From the human T2T-CHM13v2.0 reference genome, Homo sapiens, in NCBI RefSeq assembly GCF_009914755.1, contig NC_060925.1: 64,000 nucleotides of DNA, one strand, 5' to 3'. This document shows positions 1 through 17,109 of this stretch, in pieces. The stretch's first letter is position 1, and each line of letters opens with the position of its first letter. The notes below the pieces were generated by a model. It ran no database searches and was not told the DNA's origin. It saw only the letters and a list, made by a program, of their open reading frames with translations. A program made the translations under genes and the position numbers.

Positions 1-232
1 ACCTTCTAAATAATTGTGTCTAAAAATCATTTACTTAGGTAGAGCTAAGCAAGCCTGGCACCTGTGTCCAGCATGTGTGGTAACAGCATGATGATATTTG
101 TTAGAGCATGCACGGTTAAAGAGGGTGACCACATAGGCTGATAGTGCAAAGTGTCCGAATCCAAGCAGAGTGAGGAGGGGAGAGGTGAGGGCCGCAGTAA
201 CAATGGGAGATTGGTTACAAACGGGTGATTTA

Positions 233-1900
<1,668 letters not shown>

Positions 1901-2107
1901 AAAAATGTTACAGAAGGGAGACAAAAAGGGTACCATTTGAAACACTGGAACTATCAGTGTCTTAAATGAACAATGTAAATTCCTGAAATTGGGGGCAGAA
2001 AAATGGTGTTTGTGGGGGTAACAGTAGTGATTATTCTTCCTCTACCCACACTCTCCAAGATCCTACTGTGCTCCAGTCTGGTTGACCTACCTCCTCATAG
2101 AAGCCTT

Positions 2108-2186
2108 CTTTGACTATTACAGCCCACACTCATTCCATACCTGAACTTTGACTATTACAGCCCATATCCATTCCATACCTGAACTT
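2108..2186. repeat. 38-bp tandem duplication
   Basis: ctttgactattacagccca(cactc/tatcc)attccatacctgaa twice; 35/38 identical. Confidence 0.95.
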
Positions 2187-2515
2187 GGGATACATGTTGT
2201 TGGTATCATTTCCTTGGCAGTAAATCATATATAACCTGTGACTTCTCTTGTACTATTGTCTTATATAAATTTTGAACTCCTGTTTAAATCTTCTCATGAA
2301 TATTGCCTCCCTAATTATATTGTAATTAATTTAGGAGTAGATGCCATATATGATCTCTTTTCCTTCCCAAAGTACCTAACACATGTTTTGCAATCACATT
2401 TCCACATCCCAAGGACTGTCAAGTAATAATTAGTCTCACTTAGCAAATGCTTTTTGCATACCAACTATGTATCAGGCACTGTAAATAATAATTTCCTACA
2501 TGCATAGGATGCATT

Positions 2516-2827
2516 GGCTGGGCGCAGGGGCTCACGCCTGTAATCCCAGCACTTTGGGAGGCAGAGGTGGGTGGATCACGAGGTCAGGAGTTCAAGACCA
2601 GCCTGGCCAAGATGGTGAAACCCTATCTCTACTAGAAATATAAAAATTAGCCAGGCGTGGCAGAGGGCACCTGTAATCCCAGCTACTCGGGAGGCTGAGG
2701 CAGAGAATTGCTTGAACCCGGGAGGTGGAGGTTACAATAAGCCAACATTGTGCCACTGCACTCCAGCCTGGGCAACAGAGCAAGACTCCATCTCAAAAAC
2801 AAAAAACAAGAAACAAAACAAAAAAAA
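2516..2827 (+). mobile_element. AluS
   Basis: Full dimer with an A/C-rich tail. Confidence 0.95.
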
Positions 2828-2913
2828 CCCCACAGCTTCCAAGTCCAGTGGTTTTTCCACTCCACTATAGGAAACAGGTAACAAGTCTGGACACAGTGAT
2901 GGACTTATGTGGG

Positions 2914-3705
<792 letters not shown>

Positions 3706-3924
3706 TGTATATGTTCTTTAAAATTTCACTTCCCAAAGGTCTCCTGAGTGCTTTCGCACCTTAACTCATGGTGTGACCACTCCTTCCATCTATTGAAAAT
3801 CAGTCATTAGATTCCAACAGGACAATTCGTTTACTGGTATACCAACTTTAGCAATTACTTTCTGTGAAAAATAAGACGGATTTACAAAAGTTAATATCCT
3901 CTGAGTCCACTGACTCCTTATTCA

Positions 3925-4050
3925 ACGGTAAGGAAATTGAGGCCAGAAACATTAATAACTTGCCCAAGGACACACAGCTAGCAAGTGGCAGAGCAGGAAT
4001 TCAGTCTTAGGTCCTACTACAAAGCTCACAGCTTTTCCATTACACCATTT
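3925..4050 (-). mobile_element. MIR fragment
   Basis: aggaaattgaggcc...aacttgcccaagg..cacacagctagcaagtggcagagc MIR core. Confidence 0.7.
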
Positions 4051-4153
4051 TGTCACCAACAGCTACTCCTAGGGCCTACATCAAATGCCTGTGGTTTAAA
4101 CGTTAATTCATTCATTTGGGTTATCCACTTTATGGACTGCCTTGAAAATGCAA

Positions 4154-6138
4154 ATTCAAGGAAGAGAGGAAGTCAAATTGCCTCTGTTTGCAGATAACAT
4201 GATGGTATATTTACAAAACCCCGTAGTCTCAGCCCAAAAACTCCTTAAGCTGATAAGCAACTTCAGCAAAGTCTCAGGATACAAAATCAATGTGCAAAAA
4301 TCACAAGTATTCCTATACACCAATAATGGACAAGCAGAGAGCCAAATCATGAGTGAACTCCCATTCACAATTGCTATAAAGAGAATAAAATACCTAGGAA
4401 TACAACTTAAAAGGGATGTGAAAGACCCCTTCAAGGAGAACTACAAACCACTGCTCAAGGAAATAAGAGAGGACACAAACGGAAAAACATTTTATCCTCA
4501 TGGATAGGAAGAATTGACATCGTAGAAATGAACATACTGCCCAAAGTAATTTATAGATTCAATGCTATTTCCATCAAGCACCATTGACTTTCTTCACAGA
4601 ACTAGAAAAAAACTACTTTAAATTTCATATAGAACCAAAAGAGAAGCCTGTATAGCCAAGACAATCCTAAGCAAAAAGAATAAAGCTGGAGGCAACACGC
4701 TGCCTGATTTCAAACTATACTACAAGGCTACAGTAACCAAAACAGCATGGTACTGGTACCAAAACAGATATGTAGACCAATGGAACAGAACAGAGGCCTC
4801 AGAAATAATGCCACACATCTACAACTACCTGATCTTCAACGAACATGACAAAAGCAAGCAATGGGGAAAGGATTCCCTATTTAATAAATGGTACTGGGAA
4901 AACTGGCTAGCCATATGCAGAAAACAGAAACTGGGCCCCTTCCTTACACCTTATACAAAAATTAACTCAAGATGGATTAAAGACTTAAACTTAAAACCTA
5001 AAACCATAAAAACTCTAGAAGAAAACCTAGGCAATACCATTCAGGACATAGGCATGGCAAAGACTTCATGACTAAAACACCAAAAGCAATTGCAACAAAA
5101 GCCAAAATTGACAAATGGGATCTAATTAAACTAAAGAGCTTCTGCACAGCAAAAGAAACTATCATCAGGCTAAACAGGCAACCTACAGAATGGGAGAAAA
5201 TTTTGCCAATCTATCCATCTGACAAAAGTCTAATATCCAGAATCTATAAGGAACTTAAACAAATTTACAAGAAAAAAACAAACAACCCCATCAAAAAGTG
5301 GGCAAAGGATATGAACAGACACTTTGCAAAAGAAGACATTTATGTGGCCAACAAACCTATGAAAATAAGCTCATCATCACTGGTCATTAGAGAAATGCAA
5401 ATCAAAACCACAATGAGATACCATCTCACGCCAATTAGAATGGCGTTCATTAAAAAGTCAGGAAACAACAGATGGAGAGGATGTAGAGAAACAGGAACAC
5501 TTTTACACTGTTGGTGGGAGTGTAAATTAGTCCAACCATTGTGGAAGACAGTGTGGTGATTCCTCAAGGATCTAGAACCAGAAATACCATTTGACCCAGC
5601 AATCCCATTACTGGGTATGTACCCAAGGGATTATAAATCATTCTACTATAAAGATATGTGCACACTTATGTTTATTGCAGCACTATTTACAATAGCAAAG
5701 ACTTGGAACCAATCCAAATGCCCATCAAAGATAGACTAGATAAAAAAAATTGTCACATATACACCATAGAATACTATGCAGCCATAAAAAAGGATGAGTT
5801 CATGTCCTTTGCAGGGACATGCATGAAGTTGGAAGCCATCATTCTCCGCAAACTAACACAGGAACAGAAAACCAAATACTGCATGTTTTCACTCGTTTGT
5901 GGGAGTTGAACAATGAGAACACATGGACACAGGGAGGGGAACACCACACTGGGGCCTGTCAGGGGGTGGGGAGCAAGGGGAGGGACAGCATTAGGACAAA
6001 TACCGAATGCATGCGGGGCTTAAAACCTAGATGATGGTTAGATAAGTGCAGCGAACCACCATGGCATATGTATCCCTATGTAACAAACCTGCACGTTCAG
6101 CACATGTATCCCAGAACTTAAAAAAAAAAAAAAAAAAA
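4154..6138 (+). mobile_element. 5'-truncated L1PA (L1PA7/8-like): ORF2 C-terminal remnant, 3' UTR and poly(A)
   Basis: ORF-track peptides are L1 ORF2 fragments. The RT motif has decayed to FADN; the [17 protein letters not shown] zinc-knuckle region is present; frameshifts; G-rich 3' UTR; A19 tail. Confidence 0.95.
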
Positions 6139-6954
6139 GCAGTGAGAGAGAATGTTGTATTCTATCTCAGCCCAGAATAAGCTGTCCTGAGGTCATCTAT
6201 TCACTCCCCTGTGCTTCTGTTGTCTTCAGTTACAATGCAATTTTGATGATCCCAAAGTCACTGTTTTAAGAGGGCAAGTTTTGCATTAAATGCTTATTTA
6301 CTGTTGCTCTGGTATATTTAGAAAACAGAGCAGCCTGTTGAGAAGTAAGCATCTATTCAAATCTCCCTTCTGATTTTAAACTTCAACCATCAGGAGCCAC
6401 ACAACCTACTCACACCACTCTGTGTGCGGACTTCCTTGTATCTGCCCTTTCTTTTCCCTCTTCCTGGAAGGTCCTCTCAACTCTCTCCCATCCCTAACAC
6501 CCAGACATTTATACCTAGAGAATACTTCCTAGTCCTTTAGCCCTGTTTCTAAACTTTCTCCTGCTCTCCAGGTACAGACAGATACCTGTCTTCTTTCCTC
6601 CAGCACTTGGTGTTACCATTTATCTCACAACTCTCAAATTTTCTGTTTCATTGGCAGAAGGACAGAAAGTGTTTGCAGGCAAAAGGAGGACATCACACAA
6701 AAAAAGAAAGAAAATGCAAATTCAAGCAGTAGGAGCATACCATCACTAAATATATTTTGAATTTAATGGATTTAATATTAATATTCATTTCCATTAATCA
6801 AAAGTGATGAACCCCAGTGGTCCCTGACCTGGAATAATTTTTAACATTACAGGGCCAGTTTAGATCATGCACCATGATGCTGGTCTGTGGGAAAATGTGG
6901 GAAAAGTAAATCAGCCTAGTCAATCTCCTATAGCATCCAAGTCCCTCTGTCTCC

Positions 6955-7160
6955 CCAGCTCAAGCAATCCTCCCACATCAGCCTCCCGAGTAGCTGGGAC
7001 TATAGATGTGTACCACCATCCTTGGCTAATTTTTGTATTTTTTGTAATGTCGGGGTTTCAACATGTTTCTCAGACTGGTCTTGAGTTCCTGAGCTCAAGT
7101 GATCCACCCACCTCAGCCTGCCAAGGTGCTGGGATTACAGGCGTGCGCCACTGTGCCCCA
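6955..7160 (-). mobile_element. Partial AluJ
   Basis: Left arm plus part of the right arm, antisense. Confidence 0.85.
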
Positions 7161-7374
7161 CCTCATCCACGTCTTAATGTTGCTTTACTGTACTCTTCTC
7201 ATTGTACATGTGTCTTGTTTGGACATTATGTTCTACAGTGTCACTCCTAAAGTAGGGGGTTTTGCAAGTCTTCAGATGAATTCTTTGGTAATATCAAGGA
7301 GCTACTGACAAGAAGTTGTGAGGAGTCATCACAAGTCAGCTTGAGAAGTTGCATGTTATTCATATAGTTGAGAA

Positions 7375-7800
7375 AGGAGCCCTGGGTTAAACTCACTGCT
7401 TAAGAGCCATATGACCTAGGGAAAATTAGGTTATTTCTCTAAGCCTCACCTTCTTCCAAAAAGGGATATTAATTCCCACTTAATAGAGTTGTTGTGAGAA
7501 TTAAATAAAATGATTGATGTACAGGTGTGTTGTAAAGGAAAAGAAAAACATGTGTGATAGATGTGCACATGAGTGTATACACAGACACTTGTGAACGAAA
7601 ACGAAGGCCTAGAAGATGCTGGGTTCAAATCCTGACTCTGCCACTTGTGTGATCTTATACCAGTCCTGAATTCTTGAAACTCTCTTAATCTTAATTTTCC
7701 TCATTATAAAATACATTTGTTATAAGATTATTGTGAGGATTAAATGTCATTATGTTCAAAGAGCACTTATTACAGAGCCTGGCCCAAAGTACAAGTTCAA
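7375..7800 (+). mobile_element. Two MIR fragments
   Basis: gttgttgtgagaattaaat; gggttcaaatcctgactctgccact...gtgaggattaaatg. Confidence 0.7.
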
Positions 7801-8139
7801 GAGCTGTTGGCACAGCATAAAGATCTCGGCTCTTTTTAACCTAATTCACCCGTTGTGGCCGGAATAGGTGATTTCTTGATAAACCTCAAGGTGGAGCTAG
7901 AGACACAGAAGTGGGTGTCTTCTTCAACAAGAATGTTTGGTCTTAAGGGGGAAGAAGAAGCAGACTTTCCATCTTGATTTTGCCAGGACACATCCTATCT
8001 CCCTTTAAACCACCACCCATGTTCCTCCATTATGAGAGCCTTTGGGGTTTTTTGTTTGTTTGTTTGTTTGTTTGTTTTGGGTTTTGTTGTCAAAAAAAGA
8101 GTCAGACAAAGGAGCATTCAATAGATGTTGTTCTGGTTT

Positions 8140-8472
8140 TGGTTTTGTTTTGTTTTGAGACAGGGTCTCACTTTGTCGCCCATGCTGGAGTGCAGTGGCA
8201 CGACCTCAGCTCACTGCAGCCTCTACCTCTGGGATTCAAGCCATCCTTCTGCCTAAGCCCCCCAAAGTAGCTAGGACCACAGGCATGTGCTACCACACCC
8301 AGCTAATTCTTGTATTTTTTGTAGAGACGGAGTGGGGGAAGTGGGGAGGTTCTGTGGGGGTCGGAGTTTGGGGGAGGTGGGTGGTTTCACCATGTTGGCC
8401 AGGCTCAAGCAATCTTCCCGCCTCGGCTTCTCAAAGTGCTAGGATTACAGGCATGAGCCACTGTGCCCAGCC
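8140..8472 (-). mobile_element. AluJ with a G-rich insertion and a small deletion
   Basis: Antisense dimer with a non-Alu insert at 8331-8382. Confidence 0.9.
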
Positions 8473-9030
8473 TAGAAGTTCTTTAATATTGTGAATTCAC
8501 TTCTACTTGGAGAAAATATGTTATCTGGTACATAGAAGATGACTATATAGTTTTGAAAAAACAAACCTTTATTACATTTTATTTTCTTCTCATCCTTCAG
8601 CCCACAGACCAAAAGCAGGTTTTGTCTACATTCCACTCATGTGACTGATTTCCTGTCTGTCAGAGCCCAGTCATCTTTCCAAAAGGAATACTTATCATAG
8701 CTCCCATATTTCTCATTGGGAAATATGGGAAATAGCTCCCATATTTCTCAATGTAAATAAGACTCCTAGAAGTCTATCTTAGCATCCCAAGATTCCAGGA
8801 ATATAGATTAGGTTTCAGTGGTTTTCAAATGAGCCCTTTGAAGTTATATATTGATAAGCTCATTAAAAACTCAACTCATTACTTTCAGTACCGCCTTGTA
8901 GGCTAAGTACCTATCATATATAATTAGAACCTCATGAGAATAAAAAAAAATCCGCATAAAAGATGAAAATACTACCAAATATCAGCCTTAACATGCCACT
9001 ACTTTCAGAACTTAGAAAATCATTGCTACT

Positions 9031-9209
<179 letters not shown>

Positions 9210-9621
9210 TTAGATTCCCCCAAAATCTAGCTGGGTAAGAGAAACCCCTTCTATGTATAAATAAAGGATGAGTAAGAATTAGTTAAGTGAAGAAGAATGA
9301 AAGGGGAGAAGGATGATTCCAGGCAGAGTTCCAGGACATGAGAAAGGTCAAAGAAAGGAATGCTCTTGTAGGTTTGAAAGTAATTGCATATGGCTCAACC
9401 GGAAAGGTTGAGAGGAAAATGGCGAGAGTTAAAACTGGAGGGGTGAACTGGAGATAATTATTAAGCCCTGCATTTTATGTTAAGGAGTATAGACTTTATC
9501 CTGAGAGAGGGGGAGCTACCAACATGCATCAGATGAGGCAGAACAATATCATTTCCTGCTTTAGAAAGATCATTCATGACTGCAAGACAAAGAACGGAGG
9601 AGGGCAAGGCTAGGGGGAAGG

Positions 9622-10713
9622 TGTGCTAGATATTTTCTGTTTGCATCTCCAGATACAGTAAGTCTTCAATGTCATCGATAGATTCTTGGAAACCGTGACT
9701 AAGGGAAACAATATATAAAGAAATCAATTTAGCTGTAGGCTAATTGATATAAATAAGTTCCTATGGCATATTTCTGGTCACGAAACATCAAACATCTAAA
9801 TAAAGACCCAAAACACTTCTAATATTAAACCTTGAAATATAATAAATGTGAGCTATACATACATTTAAGAAAGATTAATAAAAACAAGTATAAGATAATT
9901 ATTTTCCCAATTATTCCAGGTCAGTGTTACAGGTCGCCAGAGCCTATCCCAGAAGCAGAGCACAAAGCGGGAACCAGTCCTGGACAGGACGACATTCCCT
10001 CACAGGGCACACTCTCCCACACGCCACACTCACTCAGACTGGGACCATTTAGACACACCAGTTCACCTAATGTGCACATTTTTGGGCTGTGGGAGGAAAT
10101 TGGAGTACCCAGAGAAAACCCACGCAGTCATGAGGAGAATGTGCAGACTTCACACACGGTGGCCTCTGCCAGGAATCTATTTTTTTCATCAACGTTATAA
10201 TGAAACGTCGTTGAACATAATGACATTATTCGAAGACCTGCTGTACTCCCTCTACTTACCTGCTGCATATCCCAGAAGTTTGACCTATGTGGGCTCCTGC
10301 TGGACTCCTTTGCCCTCTGGCTTTTGGTTGAGTCCGGCATTGGGAGATAGCAGTAGGAGATCAGAGGTCATGGGGAAAGACAGGTCCAATAATTTATCCC
10401 CCACCTCCCTCCCTAGCGAGTCTTTGTGTGAGGACATTTCTCTCCACCAAAGGTCACTGCTCTTAGCAGACAGCATCTGCCACACAACTGCCCTCTTCAG
10501 ATTCTGGTAATCAAATCACTCCCACCCCATCCCTTGTTACTACCTTTGGGTAGTGATGATTAGCTAGCTGTTGCTAGCTAGCACTGGGGAAATTTTGTAT
10601 CCCTTTTTGGTCTCTCTAAACCCTGCACTCATTTTGTAAATGATTCCTTTATTAAGCACTCCTCAAATTATCTAGTTTGAGTGTGCCATCTGATTCCTGC
10701 AGGACTCTGAAAC
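9622..10713 (+). mobile_element. LTR33-like ERVL solo LTR, split by MER6A
   Basis: Starts tgtgctagatatttt; ends gtttgagtgtgccatctgattcctgcaggactctga. Confidence 0.65.
9656..10243 (-). mobile_element. MER6A (Tigger-group non-autonomous DNA transposon)
   Basis: TA|CAGTAAGTC...GACCTGCTG|TA; TA duplications; 588 bp; termini match recalled MER6 consensus. Confidence 0.8.
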
Positions 10714-10744
10714 AGAAAGAAACCAAGAATAGTATGGTAGCTAG

Positions 10745-10965
10745 CATTTATTGCCTCCCAGGCATTCTTCTAAGCAGTTTATATATATTAACTCATTTAA
10801 TTCTCACAGCAACCCTAAGAAGTATCCCTCCTTTACAGATGTGGAATCTGAGATAGAGAGAGATTAAGGCGATTAAGTAATTTTCCCAAAAATGCACAGC
10901 TAGTGAGCCAGAATTCAAATCTACATAGTCTGTTTCCAGAACCTGTGTTCTTAACTACTAGGCTC
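10745..10965 (-). mobile_element. MIR
   Basis: ctcatttaattctcacagcaaccct...tttacagatg core. Confidence 0.75.
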
Positions 10966-11004
10966 TTCTGGTGAGGTAAGTTGATGGTGTAAATTGCAGC
11001 AATA

Positions 11005-11308
<304 letters not shown>

Positions 11309-11375
11309 TCAATGGAATGGGGAAAAATGAAGAAATTTCAGAGAGATTGTTGCTAATCCCAGGAGGATCAATTGA

Positions 11376-11968
<593 letters not shown>

Positions 11969-12316
11969 TCTTAATAAATCTTTATTAATAAATCATCCCA
12001 GAGAAACAGGGGGGCGCCTGTTGGAATTTAGAAATATTAGCTCTAAAGTGCCATCCTCTGTGGCTGAGGACAACCCTGAGATCAAACCAGCCCTTCCTTT
12101 CCTTTGGATGCCCACAGTACTTTTGTTGTTTTTATGACTGTCTTTAACTCTGATATCACATTTATTGGTTTATATGTCTCTCCCCGCCAAGCTCCACTAG
12201 TCCTGATTCATACTCTTATCCTTAGTTACTCTCATCATATGAAGCACATAGTAAGTACTCTATAATATTTGTTGAATGAATGAATGACTCAGTACTCCTA
12301 GGAAATTATTCCCTGA

Positions 12317-12680
<364 letters not shown>

Positions 12681-12689
12681 GGGGGGGCT

Positions 12690-12933
12690 TGCTTCCTGGA
12701 GAGGGTTTGCCCTTTTTGCCCCTTCTGTTTTTTCCACCTTGTGGGAATGCAGCATTCCTCCCCTCCAGAGGATGCGGCAACAAGGTGCCATCTTGGAAGC
12801 AGAGAATAGCCCTCACCAGACACCAGTTGTGATGGAGCCTTTCCAGCCTCCAGAATGGTGAGGAAATAAATTTGTACCATTTATAAATTTCCCAGTCTTG
12901 GGTATTTTGTTATAGCAGCACAAACAAAGATAA
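12690..12933 (+). mobile_element. MST-type MaLR LTR, 3' part
   Basis: gccatcttggaagcagag...ccagcctccagaa...aataaattt...ttgttatagcagcacaaac. Confidence 0.75.
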
Positions 12934-13141
12934 GTGGAGTCCTTTGGAAGAGGGAACAAGTGAAGGAAGGGAAAGGGGTGACGCTGATCCTAGTAGTCAA
13001 GAGATATTTATGCAGATCTAACTTGCTGAGGTTGAGCAGTCTTATGGAACAGAAGTATTTCTAGAATCATATTTTTAATATAATGTAAAGAAATCTGCTC
13101 ATGTGATGGGTAAAATATATATATATACATATGCATATTGT

Positions 13142-13163
13142 ACACACACACACACACACACAC
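13142..13163. repeat. (AC)11 microsatellite
   Basis: Read directly. Confidence 0.9.
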
Positions 13164-13408
13164 CTATGTTTAAAATAGCTACTTATTTTTAGCTACTGTT
13201 CTTTTAAAGAGTTGGTTTATTGAGTCATACAGAGACAACCCAAGTATTTAATGTAGACAATTAATAGCTGATTCAAAGACATCCTATATATCCACTGTGC
13301 AAAGCAGAAGCACACCATTAAGGAGGGGCTAGAGGCCTCCCTTTCTATAGGCACAATTTTTATTCAGGCAGCTCTTGCAAAAGCTGGGAGTTGGAAAAAC
13401 GGCTCCCT

Positions 13409-13713
13409 GGCTGGGGATTGTGGCTCATGACTGTAATTTGAGAGATTGACGTGAAAGGATCACTTGAGGCCAGGAGTTCAGGACCAGCCTGGGCAATATA
13501 GCGAGATCCCATCTCTCAAAAAAATTGTTTTTGAATTAGCCAGGCATGGTGGCATGTGCCGGAGTTCTAACTACTTGGGAGGCTGAGGTGGGAGGATTGC
13601 TTAAGCCCAGTAGTTCAAGTTTACAGTAAGCTATGATTGCACCACTGCACTCCAACCTGGGTGACAGAGTGAGACCCTGACACTGCCCCTCGCCCCCAAA
13701 AAGAAAAGAAAAA
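13409..13713 (+). mobile_element. AluJ
   Basis: Diverged dimer. Confidence 0.9.
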
Positions 13714-14709
13714 CAGTTCCAATAGGTGTGCAATAGTGGACTCTGTTTACTGTTACCAACTCATTCTTGAATAAAAATAGGGAAAAGAATTCTCCAACTT
13801 AAGCAGACTGCAGAGATTTTAGGAAAGGATTTAAATAAGACCTTGGACCAGGAAGGACTTTAAATTTGTGATGGATTAAACAGTTTTCTTCACACACCTC
13901 TCTAGAACTAGCTAGACTATGATTTCTCCATTCTTTCAATGTCCTTCCAAAACACCATCATTACCACTACCCTTCAGCTAAAACGTCTAAGTTATCAGCA
14001 ACTTCCTTGTCTAGGTATCATCCCATCTGTTCAGAATAAGCATTCGGTTCTCTTCATTCAAAAAATGGGTATTGGATACCCTCAATGTGCCAGAACCTGT
14101 GTGGGACCCGGGGATTGAAAAGGAAACAAAACGTTCTTCCCCAACCTCCAGAAGCTCACTACTAGTGGTGGCAAAGACTCACATAACTAGCTGGGTCACC
14201 TAACACTCTGTATCTTAAAGGATCTCCCAGTAGTATCCCATAAAACACTGGGTGCAGCTGCCAAGGCCAGAGGAGGTTGAAACGTGGATGGTTGAGAGAG
14301 GTCCTCTTCTTTGCTTCTCTTACTGCCAGTGCTGGAGTGGGTTCCTTTGAATGTGTCCCATGAGATGTGATGGGGGCTGTGTTTCCAGCACCAGTCCGTA
14401 TTCTTGCTATCAGTGTGAATCCCTGCCCAGGTTTCAGAGGCTCTTCAGGATGTGAAGGAAGACAATACCCTACTCCAGTGCTACACTCAGCCAAGAATTA
14501 CCTTGCTCCTTCCTCCTTACTGCATTGTAAATTGACCCTCATAGCCATTTTCCGTTAGAATAGATGCAAATTCCAGTATCACTGACACATCCCAAGCCAC
14601 TGTTCCCCTTCAATACCTGTCCTGATTCCTGAGTTAGTTCATTGCTTCCATCTATTTCCATTTTCTTGGTAACTGTATTCATTCAAGAAGGATTTATACT
14701 AGGCAGAAG

Positions 14710-15090
14710 TACAATGTAGAGGTTAAGGGTGGAAACTCTGGGAGTTCAATCCCAGCTGTGTGTTTACTAACTGTATCACCTTAGGCTGATTAACTGTCCT
14801 CTTTGTTTCCTCATCATAAATTGGGGATAATAATATTACTATAAGGATAATAATAGAACCTGTCTAATAAGGTTGTTGTGAGGATTAAATTGATGAATAT
14901 ATAAAGGGCTTAGAATAGTGCTTGGAACCTAGTAAGAGCAATATAAATGTTAGCTAGAATTGATCTAAGTTCTAATATTAACTCATTTAATCCTCAGAAT
15001 CACCCTAAGGGGTTGGTACATTTATCAATGAGAGATTTTGTAACAGAGGTTTTAAGTAAAACAGAGGCTAAGTAACTTGCCCAGGCCTCT
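14710..15090. mobile_element. MIR elements (opposed pair)
   Basis: ggttgttgtgaggattaaat core on plus, then ctcatttaatcctca...aacttgccca on minus. Confidence 0.7.
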
Positions 15091-15165
15091 GACAGTACTG
15101 CGTGAACAAAACAGGCAAGATCTCTGTTATCACGGAAATTTCATTAAACAAATAAAATAATTTCA

Positions 15166-15543
<378 letters not shown>

Positions 15544-16240
15544 CTAAGGAAGTGACATTCCAGGGACTTGTTGCCCTTTCCTGCTACTGGCCTGTGTTCA
15601 GAGCCACTGTGGTTTACCTTAACACACTTCAACAATTCTGCATCTTGGTGAAGCTACTGGAGTCTCATTTCCTTTGTTTAAGGAGGTCCCCAGACCCCTT
15701 AATGGCTATTTGCCTACTGCTTATTTGTTTCACTTCACAGGAAAATGTATTCTGCATCATTGGACAATCTACTCCACAGATAACCAGAAAATTACAATAT
15801 GGCACAGGAAGTTCTATGGCAAAGGAAAGGAAAAGGGGCTGTGGCTTCCCAGAGGAGGTACCTAACTGAGCTTGGTGGACAGAGGAGTACAAAGAATAGT
15901 ATATGCAGAGGCTCTCATCTAAAGTGTGCCCCCCAAAATAAACAATAAATAAATAAATAAATAAATAAAGTGTGCCCTAGTCATCTTCTCAAACCAATGA
16001 AAGCTTGACTCTCATTTTTCTGGTAGCCCTATAGTTTCAAAATACTGTTTACTTTGTGTGTGAAGGTAGAGGAAACAGGCACTTCCAGGATATTGCAGGC
16101 AGTAGTGCCCATGAGGAGGCCCTCATACTTCTGCTGGGATCTCTTGGGTACCTCAAGTGTTTCTATCTTCCACCAGGACACTGAGGAGGCAGGGCGGGCG
16201 GCAGCTTTACTCTCAGGCTGCTGCTAGCTCATATAGCACC

Positions 16241-16708
16241 TGGATTCCTTTCCTAGGGCTGCTGTCACAAAGTACCACAAAACTAGGTGGCTTCAAAAAA
16301 CAGAAACAGATTCTCTTAACAGTTCTGGAGCTGGAAGTCCAAAATCAAGGTGTCAACAGGGCTGGATGCATCTGGAGGCTCTGAGGGAGCATCTGCTCCA
16401 TGCCCATCTCTTTGCCTGTGGTGGCTGCCAGCAATCCTTTGCATTCCTTGGCTCATGGCTGCAGTGCTCCAATCCCTGACTCCATCCCTGGAAAGCCTTC
16501 TTCCCTTTGTCCCTCTGTCTGAATCTCCCTCTCATCCCTTTTCTAAAGACATCAGTCGTTGGATTTAGGGTCTACCCAAATGCAGTATGGCCTCATCTTA
16601 ACTTGATTACATCTGCCAAGATGCTATTTCCAAATAAGGTCACACACACAAGTACCAGAGGTTAGGGCTTCAACATATCTTTTGGGAGGATACAATTCAA
16701 CCCATGAC
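16241..16708 (-). mobile_element. MLT1B/C-like solo LTR
   Basis: ctagggctgctgtcacaaagtaccacaaaact...tttccaaataaggtcaca...acaattcaaccc. Confidence 0.8.
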
Positions 16709-17109
16709 TGCATCTTTGTGCAGAATGGAGACATTTGTGCCCGCTCTGGATGGATGCTGCCCCTATGCTCATGGCTTAGTGAGGAGACAGCACCCTTGTG
16801 TGAATTACACCAAAGAGCCCTTTCTCCTAGTGCAGCTCCACACCAGGACCCAAGGCTTTGCACTTGGAATCTAGGCTGATTTCAACCCCGATTTAGCCTC
16901 CCTCTGGCCCACTCAGCAGGACACAGCCTGTTCAATCATATGTACTGACCTTCGACTACTCTGCCCTCAGCTGGCTGCTTCCACTCTGCCCCTCCCCACA
17001 TTCCTACCCATCCTATTCCTTCCATCCCCATATCCTGAGGGTATAACCCATTCTCATTCTCAGTCCAGTTTTTGGATGTCTTTTGTGGAATGATCTGATT
17101 CTGTAGCTC

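Noticed and set aside
4142-6034. ORFs resembling reverse transcriptase
   Set aside because: Fragments of a truncated, frameshifted L1 ORF2 with FADD decayed to FADN; not a new RT system.
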